Of a DNA stretch of 64,000 nt, positions 50,064-57,278 are shown piece after piece. Position 1 is the stretch's first letter. Every line of letters begins with the position of its first letter. Source of the DNA: Candidatus Saccharimonadota bacterium. GTDB taxonomy: Bacteria; Patescibacteriota; Saccharimonadia; Saccharimonadales; JAXHMH01. The notes below the pieces were generated by a model. The model did no database searches and had not been told where the DNA came from. It saw only the letters and a list, made by a program, of their open reading frames with translations. The position numbers and the translations under genes were made by a program. The stretch is from assembly GCA_034521515.1 (NCBI GenBank), contig JAXHMH010000002.1, positions 280,379 to 344,378 of the forward strand. The letters run 5' to 3'.

Positions 50064-51518
50064 CTAAATCGGTGTTTCTTTTCTAAAATCATGGCCTGTT
50101 TTACGCCATATATACACCGCAACAAGCACCATAGCGATGTAGCTCATAACTAAACCAGGTATCGATAGCGAAGATTCATGATGCGCCCACGGTATTGATG
50201 ACAGCCAACCTGTCAGACTTGTCATATACCACAACACAGCGTAGGCCGGCAGTCCGATTAATCCCGCTAGCATTGGTAGTAGTGCGCTGCTCATGCCAGC
50301 CACTACCGTCAGTAGCATGACAACTGGCACCAGGGGTAGGATCAAAAGGTTAGACAACAACGCCAATGGCGAATAAAAACCAAAGGTCACTAAGACAATC
50401 GGCAGGGTGGTAATCTGTGCCGCTGTTGTCGCCACCAGCAAATCACGCACGTAACCCGGTTTTTTACTGCCCCAAAAATAACGGTGCAGTAACGGTGCCA
50501 GGATAATGACGCCCGAAAATGCTGCAAACGATAAAAACCAACCAACATCTCCCCATATAAACGATGGGTTTATCAGCAAGGTCATAGCAGCAACCAGTAA
50601 CAGCAAAACAACTGGGTGAACCACCCGTCCGTAATACCACGCGGTTAAACTCAAGCCTGCTACAAGCGAGGCTCGCGTCATGGACGTGCTAAAACCAGTT
50701 AGTAGTAAAAACCCTCCGATCATCAAGCCACTAAAAAACATTGCTAGATACTTGGAACGACCAGCCAATGCTTTACGCGTTGCTTTCACAATAATAGTCA
50801 GATGAAACCCGCTGGCAACCACCAAATGCGACAAGCCCAGAAGCCTAAACTCGTCGCTAAGGGTTTGTGGTAATGCTCGCTTTTGGCCGGCAACGTAACT
50901 CACTCCCAGGCTGGCTTCCGGCTCCGGTACGCTGCCGCGGACTTGCTCGGTAAACCAATCACGAACTTGCCGGGCAACATCTCCCGGCTCAGGCCGCTCG
51001 GCCTCAATAAGTTCTGCCCTAAACATCGAGCCTGACAAGGTACCGAAACCATCATTCAAAACCCCTTTCACGACCACTACGTCGCTACGTTTAATCTCGG
51101 CATTTGAGGTCGTACTAATCCAAACGTATCCAGGCAAAGGCTCGCCATCAATCACGACGTCACCTAATCTGAGCCGCTGATCACCGCTGGATCCGCGCGT
51201 TGTGTCATCGGCCACAACACCTTGCAGCCTAACTTGACGGCCATAAAATGGTTCGTAGCTTTGTAGCTGCCATAGCTCTGAAGTACCTCTATACAACCCG
51301 ACAAAACAACCGCTTATGAACGCCAAAAGCACAAACAATAACTCTCGCTTTAATAGCGCAATACTCAATAGTGCGCCAGCTACCACGAGCCAGGGCAGGG
51401 CGGCAAACAAGCCCGGTGGTATAAGCAACGAACCAGCTGCACCGACAAGCACGCCACCGGCAGTTGCAGCAAAAATCCATGACACATGAATCGGTTTATG
51501 GAACAGCCTGGCTCGCAT
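50064..51518 (-). CDS. comEC: ComEC/Rec2 DNA internalisation channel (membrane core only)
   Basis: Multi-pass membrane protein with LGLSHLVVASGFHL, the competence-domain signature. Confidence 0.8.
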   Translation of the reverse strand: MRARLFHKPIHVSWIFAATAGGVLVGAAGSLLIPPGLFAALPWLVVAGALLSIALLKRELLFVLLAFISGCFVGLYRGTSELWQLQSYEPFYGRQVRLQGVVADDTTRGSSGDQRLRLGDVVIDGEPLPGYVWISTTSNAEIKRSDVVVVKGVLNDGFGTLSGSMFRAELIEAERPEPGDVARQVRDWFTEQVRGSVPEPEASLGVSYVAGQKRALPQTLSDEFRLLGLSHLVVASGFHLTIIVKATRKALAGRSKYLAMFFSGLMIGGFLLLTGFSTSMTRASLVAGLSLTAWYYGRVVHPVVLLLLVAAMTLLINPSFIWGDVGWFLSFAAFSGVIILAPLLHRYFWGSKKPGYVRDLLVATTAAQITTLPIVLVTFGFYSPLALLSNLLILPLVPVVMLLTVVAGMSSALLPMLAGLIGLPAYAVLWYMTSLTGWLSSIPWAHHESSLSIPGLVMSYIAMVLVAVYIWRKTGHDFRKETPI

Positions 51519-51521
51519 GCC

Positions 51522-52268
51522 TTAAAAATCTCCAACAACTGGGAGTATTTGACCTGGGCAAGTTTGTAGCACTCGTTTTATCGCGTTATGCTCATTACGA
51601 GTTACCCATAGATCATACTCCAGCTTTATAGCAATTTGGCGAGCAACATATTGGCACCTATATCTTTCGTGGGGCAGCCAGTCGGCGGCATCTTTGTCGC
51701 CTTTCTCCATATTGGACGCACCATCAACCGCTATTAAAATGAGCGGGTCGTTATAGAACTCTTGTCTGCGTTTGTAATCAAGCTGCTGAGCTCCTTTCTG
51801 CCAAGCGTCCGAGACCGCCACTATATGCTCGATATGGATATCTCCGCTTGTTTCACGACCACGCTGGAAGGGGATTGTCTGGGCAGTAAACGGATCATCC
51901 GGCAAAACCCCCGACAAAACGGTACAATTATCATCATCCAACACAACTTCCTGTAGGTCGCGCTGCAAGATACGATTGCGCATATCACAACCAGCAACTT
52001 CCGCCCAGCCTGGGCTAAACTTATCACGTGCATAACCATCTAGCGATACACGATCTTTAACCGCCAGCTTTCCAAGCGATTCTATGGCTGACACGCGTAG
52101 CTCTTGGGGAACGCTTTGGACAGACAAGGTCTGCGGCGATTCAACAACTTGTTGGGGTTGAAGATAATCAAGCAAGGCTACGATTAAAAACCCCACAGCT
52201 AATAACAAAACTACCGTAAACCGTCGCCGTCTATGCGGCGAGGCTCGTCCCACCAACTTCATGCCCAA
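51522..52268 (-). CDS. membrane-anchored extracellular nuclease, DUF1524/HNH-type
   Basis: N-terminal transmembrane helix, then IHIEHIVAVSDAWQKG...NDPLILIAVDGASNMEKGDKDAADWLP, typical of the DUF1524 nuclease fold. Confidence 0.65.
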   Translation of the reverse strand: MGMKLVGRASPHRRRRFTVVLLLAVGFLIVALLDYLQPQQVVESPQTLSVQSVPQELRVSAIESLGKLAVKDRVSLDGYARDKFSPGWAEVAGCDMRNRILQRDLQEVVLDDDNCTVLSGVLPDDPFTAQTIPFQRGRETSGDIHIEHIVAVSDAWQKGAQQLDYKRRQEFYNDPLILIAVDGASNMEKGDKDAADWLPHERYRCQYVARQIAIKLEYDLWVTRNEHNAIKRVLQTCPGQILPVVGDF

Positions 52269-52312
52269 AACTATAACATAACACTAACTAAGCTGTTCTA
52301 ATCATCGATTAA

Positions 52313-52349
52313 GCTAAACGCGCCAGTCGAGTGGCGCGTTTAGCTTTTT
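52313..52349. terminator. hairpin (GCTAAACGCGCCA / TGGCGCGTTTAGC) with a T-run; its 29-nt core is also present at 23817-23845
   Basis: A 13-bp stem read directly, with TTTTT on the plus side. It lies 18-23 nt downstream of the minus-strand gene 52367-52696. Confidence 0.55.
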
Positions 52350-52366
52350 CAACAAATACCCTAACT

Positions 52367-52696
52367 TTAAGCCGCTCTATCTTGATCTTCAGCAGCTCGC
52401 TCAAGAACTGCTGCTGCATCCTCAAATCTTTGATAGTTGCCACCAATAAAATCTGGTGATAACTGGTTATCGTTATGTACGTTAATGTATACGTCGTACA
52501 CGTCGTCTTCTTCGACAAACCCACGAAGCCTACCGCCAGAATAGTAACCGTAAACTGCACCTAGACCAGCGTCAGGATTAACATACGCCCATATATCTTC
52601 GTTATTCTTTATTCGCACATGCGTCTCACTGGCACCGAACTCTAAAATTTCTATTTTACTCTGTTTATTTTCTTGTGGCTGTAGAGTTTCTCCCAT
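52367..52696 (-). CDS. hypothetical protein
   Basis: 109-aa ORF with no recognisable family. Confidence 0.45.
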   Translation of the reverse strand: MGETLQPQENKQSKIEILEFGASETHVRIKNNEDIWAYVNPDAGLGAVYGYYSGGRLRGFVEEDDVYDVYINVHNDNQLSPDFIGGNYQRFEDAAAVLERAAEDQDRAA

Positions 52697-53022
52697 GTTT
52701 TCTCCCTACATATGTTGTATACCAACCACAAACAAACCGCAAGGCGATACAGCAATATAAACCAGCCGACAAAGGCTAGTATTTACCTCTGTTCTATGCT
52801 AAAATCCACCCTGTTCGAGCCAGTTTGAGGCGAGTCATCGCCAATTGCGCACCCGTAGCCCCGCCTGCCTGTTCGAGCCCCCTGTCTTTCTGACAAGAAG
52901 GCCAGGCAGAACGGGCAGGTCAGCTGCCCCGATAGGGTAAAGACAATTAGCGTCACGCGCTCTATCCAGCTGATTTGCGAGAAGCAAGGTTAACAATCAA
53001 CGGTAAATTATTGCCAATTTAA

Positions 53023-53099
53023 GCACCCGTAGCTCAGCTGGATAGAGCGTCTGTTTGCGGTACAGGAGGTCGTAGGTTCGAATCCTGCCGGGTGTACCA
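53023..53099 (+). tRNA. tRNA-Arg (anticodon GCG by hand fold), CCA encoded
   Basis: Acceptor GCACCCG/CGGGTGT, D-arm GCTC AGCTGGATA GAGC, anticodon stem TCTGT/ACAGG, loop TTGCGGT, T-arm GTAGG TTCGAAT CCTGC. Confidence 0.85.
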
Positions 53100-53105
53100 C
53101 GTTAA

Positions 53106-53130
53106 AACCCGCCCATTTGGTCGGGTTTTT
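53106..53130 (+). terminator. rho-independent terminator after tRNA-Arg
   Basis: AACCCG pairs with CGGGTT, followed by a T-run. Confidence 0.7.
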
Positions 53131-53144
53131 GCGTGGTTCTTTTC

Positions 53145-53287
53145 GGCAGGTTCGGTTCTACGACTCAGCAGCTTGCTGATGAAAGTCGTAGGTTCGGCGT
53201 AGCGAAGTGCAGAAAAGAAAGCACCGTAGGTATTTTCTTTTCAAGCTAGCGGAGGAGGCTTTAGCCGCTATCCTGCCGGGTGTACCA
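53145..53287 (+). repeat. tRNA-Arg-derived structured module M1 (T-arm split by a 73-nt two-hairpin insertion, ends in the tRNA-Arg 3' end with CCA)
   Basis: gtcgtaggttcg (53185-53196) equals tRNA positions 53069-53080. atcctgccgggtgtacca (53270-53287) equals tRNA positions 53082-53099. The insertion 53197-53269 lies inside the T-loop. Confidence 0.8.
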
Positions 53288-53300
53288 GGAGAAATATAAG

Positions 53301-53323
53301 CCACCTTGCAAAAGGTGGTTTTT
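53301..53323 (+). terminator. rho-independent terminator directly after module M1
   Basis: CCACCTT pairs with AAGGTGG, followed by TTTTT. It starts 14 nt after the M1 CCA. Confidence 0.7.
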
Positions 53324-53372
53324 ATTTCTGCTCGATGCTCGAGCCGGGATTTGAACCGTCAAGCGAGCTTAT

Positions 53373-53523
53373 GCGGGCGGAAGGTTCGGTGTAGCGCCGC
53401 TCAGCCGAGAAAGCGCTTTAGCATTTTCTCGGCAAGCAAGCGGAAAAGGACTTTAGTCCGCTATCCTGCCGCCCGCCTGTCTTTCTGGCAAGAAGGCCAG
53501 ACAGGACGGACAGGGGTGTACCA
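53373..53523 (+). repeat. tRNA-Arg-derived structured module M2 (homolog of M1, with an extra 38-nt hairpin element before the final GGTGTACCA)
   Basis: gcgggcgg-aaggttcgg, then a 73-nt insertion, then atcctgccgcccgc. The 38-nt element follows at 53477-53514, then ggtgtacca at 53515-53523. Confidence 0.75.
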
Positions 53524-53687
53524 CTACTGAGTTTTCTGTCATTATGTTATTAAACATCCCCATAGAGCGGGGTCAATATGTCCTGGACGGATGTAAATGT
53601 AAAATATTGATATATATCGATGATTTTGCTAGTATTTCTGGTAAGACCTTCGGCCGTGGTTTCTAAGCCACACTGCGGAAGGCCTTT

Positions 53688-54065
53688 TTAATTTGCGTTT
53701 TTAATTGGGAAAACGGACATGAACTCTTTACGATTTGTACGCTTATTTTCTTTTATTTGCACACAAAAGCGTTCTCCGGTTGCGTTTTGACCATAGAACC
53801 TATGAAGTAATATATTTTTCTCTAAGTTGCTAAAAATAGTATCAGGCGTTTCTGTTGTATTGCGCATTACATCAATTGCACATACGTAGAGCTTGAGGCG
53901 TCTGATTCGTTCTTTTGGCGATTTTTGGTTTAGGTGCTCCCAAAAATTGTTAATAAATATCTTGTCTTTTGTAAAATACTTTGAACGAACATAGGGTGCT
54001 CTGCGCGGTGACCGTTTTTGAATGGCATGATATTTCCCACGCGCTAATTTCGTAAGTTCTTTCAA
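53688..54065 (-). CDS. hypothetical basic protein
   Basis: 125-aa ORF with no family that I can name confidently. Confidence 0.45.
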   Translation of the reverse strand: MKELTKLARGKYHAIQKRSPRRAPYVRSKYFTKDKIFINNFWEHLNQKSPKERIRRLKLYVCAIDVMRNTTETPDTIFSNLEKNILLHRFYGQNATGERFCVQIKENKRTNRKEFMSVFPIKNAN

Positions 54066-54358
54066 GTCAGTACCAGGCAGTTCTCCGTATTTTGATTTAT
54101 ATACACTAATCGGTTCATTCTAGCAGTTTAAATCTATTGCACAGTCATAACATCTCTTGCCATGCATAACACCTTACATATCTACATCCTAGCTTAGTTA
54201 CTCGCGTAAGGGAGTTCGAACCGTAAAAGGTTCGGCATATGTGAGTCCGCTAGCCAGCGGACGAACGAAGAAGCCCATCTTTTAGGGGAGCCCTGCCGCA
54301 GACATGAATAAATAGCTCATGCTTGTTATAAACCCCGATGCTCGTTTAAATTAAGTCT

Positions 54359-55057
54359 ATGGAGCATGGACAAAAGGCAACGCTACCATCAACTGAGCTA
54401 GGCGACTCTAGGTGTTTCCAGATCGAGTACTTTGGGCATGGCGATATATTTATGGTTGCCTGGGAGGGCTCTATTGACTTTGAACCATCTGCCGACGACT
54501 CTACATCTGCTTGCTTTGGGTTTTCACACGGCAGCGATGTGACAATACTTGCGGCACTGGGTGGATATTTGAGGCGTATAGGACACACCGTAGACGAAAC
54601 AAGAGATGTACTTCTTGAAGCCGGTACTGACGTATTAACCGCCAACTATCCTGAGTACCAGCTTGACCGCAGCAGGCACAATAGTTTGCTCGGGAAAGTT
54701 GCAGTCGGTCAGGAGTTTAGGAATTATGACCTCGATGGCATCACAGGTTTTGAGCACTCTTTATCCTGCCTTCTTCCTCCTGTGCCAGACAGACCCGGTC
54801 AAATTGGAAAAACAGGGGGAACCGGTATTTACACAACTCCGTCGCAGGCAGACCAAGAACATCTTGTCTTTGTGTCGCTTGCCCCAAACACAGCCTTACC
54901 GCACGAAGAAAACTTAACGGTCAGCCATACGGCCGAGTTCTGCGAGCAAGACGTCCAAACAATCGCTAAACTGGTGTGCGACGTTGCATTAGGTGAGTAC
55001 CGGATAGACGTCTATGCGTTTTTAAAAAATTTCGGGATGGGGAGTGAAGAAGCCTAG
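54359..55057 (+). CDS. hypothetical protein
   Basis: 232-aa ORF with no recognisable family. Confidence 0.45.
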   Translation: MEHGQKATLPSTELGDSRCFQIEYFGHGDIFMVAWEGSIDFEPSADDSTSACFGFSHGSDVTILAALGGYLRRIGHTVDETRDVLLEAGTDVLTANYPEYQLDRSRHNSLLGKVAVGQEFRNYDLDGITGFEHSLSCLLPPVPDRPGQIGKTGGTGIYTTPSQADQEHLVFVSLAPNTALPHEENLTVSHTAEFCEQDVQTIAKLVCDVALGEYRIDVYAFLKNFGMGSEEA

Positions 55058-55091
55058 ACTACTATCCGTTTATACTTTTTTGCCGTAGGGG

Positions 55092-56252
55092 TTACTCCCC
55101 AGCCAGAGCAACATCGCCGAGCTGGTTGACGTAGCCTATCTCTAAAACGCGCTTACACAACACTATGTATTGATAGAATGTTTCGGTAGTTTCTGGTGGC
55201 AAATTATGTATGTGGCTGCGCACATGGGAAAAGAATGTGTCTGAGATAAAATCACCATATTGCTTACGAATCTCATTACCGTCATGAAAGTGCATGAAAG
55301 CCTCGTGCAGCTTATCTAAGGTGTTTTTATCCTGTATGCCGGCTAGCTCAAACAACGTTCGCAGAAAGGCTTCATTTGGCTGGTTAAACGGATTGAGCGT
55401 AAAAACGCCGTACTCTGGATTGTGGCCAGCATCGGTATCCCAATCGCCAAGCTCATCAGCAATCCGCACCACCACGTTACATATCTGGATCAACTCCACC
55501 ATTATCGGGTCATCATAAACTTCCTGCAGGGAAGGTAGCGAAGAATCGTGCTGCCGATAGATTGCGTAAAGTGAGGATGAGACGCTTGGGAACCCCGCAT
55601 CCACCGTAATAAGCTGAGCTAACCTCTTGCCGTGCTCGTCCATAAAAGCTTGTTTATCAACTGCTCCTTGATAATCTTCACTTAAGTTACGCACATATAC
55701 TTCGTTGAGTAGCACCTGTTCACTAAAACAAGCCAAAACAAACGGGTAATCTTCTGGTAGTGCCAGCTCATCAATTTTGGTCTCTATGTTTTTTAGAGAG
55801 GCTAAACGTGCCTGAACTTTATCGGCTATATCTTTTGGAACAGGAATGTCTTGACCGGCCAACAGCTGCACAGCGTATGACATAATGTCGTCGCCTCTAT
55901 CCATTGTTTGATCTCCCCAATACATCAGCCCTATTGCTACCGATATGGCCTGAAGACGTGTAGTGTCGTCCAGTTCACCAGCAACCAAGGCAGGACAAAA
56001 GCCTACGGTTTTTGGCGCAATCTGCCCGACAAGGTCAGCTACTTCTTTTGCTGAAAATTCTGGCACGCCTTGAGCTATAAATTGCTGTAACTCATTACTA
56101 AACCCACTAGAAATAGTGGCAATTTGGTGTTTTATGTCGTCCATTTTAGCCATCGATTCTGAATCAAAGGAGTCACCGAAAATCGGGCTTTTGTAGGTTT
56201 CTTCTAGTAACTTCTGTAAAATTTTGGCAGACATTAAATATAGAACTTTCAA
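55092..56252 (-). CDS. terpenoid-synthase-fold protein (candidate class I terpene synthase or head-to-head prenyltransferase)
   Basis: Asp-rich segment YWGDQTMDRGDDIMSY and a second acidic segment RIADELGDWDTD about 150 aa later. Predicted to be all-helical. It lies in a cluster with idi and a polyprenyl synthase, separated from them by a small opposite-strand gene (56302-56709). Confidence 0.35.
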   Translation of the reverse strand: MKVLYLMSAKILQKLLEETYKSPIFGDSFDSESMAKMDDIKHQIATISSGFSNELQQFIAQGVPEFSAKEVADLVGQIAPKTVGFCPALVAGELDDTTRLQAISVAIGLMYWGDQTMDRGDDIMSYAVQLLAGQDIPVPKDIADKVQARLASLKNIETKIDELALPEDYPFVLACFSEQVLLNEVYVRNLSEDYQGAVDKQAFMDEHGKRLAQLITVDAGFPSVSSSLYAIYRQHDSSLPSLQEVYDDPIMVELIQICNVVVRIADELGDWDTDAGHNPEYGVFTLNPFNQPNEAFLRTLFELAGIQDKNTLDKLHEAFMHFHDGNEIRKQYGDFISDTFFSHVRSHIHNLPPETTETFYQYIVLCKRVLEIGYVNQLGDVALAGE

Positions 56253-56301
56253 GTATTATTTTGTTGTTTACTCGTTACGTTTATGCCTATAGTATACCTG
56301 T

Positions 56302-56709
56302 ATGGGTGCGAAAAATACTGACAAAAACAAAACTGTAGATAAAGGTGACCACGGCTACTCAGTCGAACATAAAGGTGATTACATTCACCTAAAGACATGG
56401 GGGCGTCTCCATCTAGAAGATTTAAGTGAACCGGCTGAAACCGCACTTAAACTTGCTAAAAAAGAGAAGGCCAAAATGTTGATAGATGATATCCGTGAGG
56501 TTCACTCCCCATTTGTTGACCTGCAAGTTCAAGCCAAAGGTGTCAGTGTTTTGTGGAAACTAAAAGAATTCCACAAGGTCGCGATTGTTTTTAACGAAGG
56601 TGAGCTAGAGAAATTGTTTTTCTCCTCATTAGAAGCACTGCGACTGGGCGGTAATTTCAAAGGCTTTGATAACGTTGACGATGCAGTTGCCTGGCTAAAA
56701 GAAGATTAA
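56302..56709 (+). CDS. STAS/SpoIIAA-like small protein, hypothetical
   Basis: 135 aa. The layout KMLIDDIREV...KVAIVF... resembles the SpoIIAA-like fold families. Weak call. Confidence 0.3.
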   Translation: MGAKNTDKNKTVDKGDHGYSVEHKGDYIHLKTWGRLHLEDLSEPAETALKLAKKEKAKMLIDDIREVHSPFVDLQVQAKGVSVLWKLKEFHKVAIVFNEGELEKLFFSSLEALRLGGNFKGFDNVDDAVAWLKED

Positions 56710-57278
56710 ATAGCCGCTTCATTTAGTTGCTTGAGCCATGTGTTGAAAGCAGACGAATTCTCCAGGTGCTGGAGTTGATCTTTAGCCCAGTAAGAATATT
56801 CAGCTGCTCTTTCACGTAGCTCTGTTTTGTAAACTTCCCAATTGAGCCACTTATAATTAGCAACTTCCTCAAAGTTCAAGGCTGGGTCGGTGGTGGTTCG
56901 GGACACATAAATCGGACAAAACTCGTGTTCTATCACGCCATTCATAGCCGGAGTTTTATAGATATAATCTGGCACAACGCAGGTGAGGTCTGTAAGATCC
57001 GTTAAGCCGAGCTCATGTGCTGCCCGGCGGCTAATAGCGTCTTGTTGCGGCTCTCCCGGAGCAGGGTGGCCACAGACGCTGTTTGTGAGCACACCCGGCC
57101 AGACCTTTTTACTCAACGCGCGCTGCGTGACCAGAAATTGGCCTTTATCGTTAAAAATGTAGCAGGAAAATGCCAGGTGTAGCCGCGTCTTCATGTGGTG
57201 GCTAGCCAGTTTGGGACCAGTTTCGCCAGTAGGCTGACCGGACTCGTCTACAAATACAATACGTTCTTCTTCGGTCAT
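56706..57278 (-). CDS. idi: isopentenyl-diphosphate delta-isomerase, type 1 (Nudix)
   Basis: LHLAFSCYIFN, TNSVCGHP (catalytic Cys) and EHEFCPIY (catalytic Glu). Confidence 0.8.
   Translation of the reverse strand: MTEEERIVFVDESGQPTGETGPKLASHHMKTRLHLAFSCYIFNDKGQFLVTQRALSKKVWPGVLTNSVCGHPAPGEPQQDAISRRAAHELGLTDLTDLTCVVPDYIYKTPAMNGVIEHEFCPIYVSRTTTDPALNFEEVANYKWLNWEVYKTELRERAAEYSYWAKDQLQHLENSSAFNTWLKQLNEAAI

Noticed and set aside
52800-55060. Calling the tRNA-Arg-flanked region an integrated mobile element or genomic island
   Set aside because: Duplicated tRNA 3' ends resemble att sites, but I found no integrase, recombinase or transposase ORF in the window. The duplicated segments are only about 170-190 bp apart. 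I report it as an observation only.
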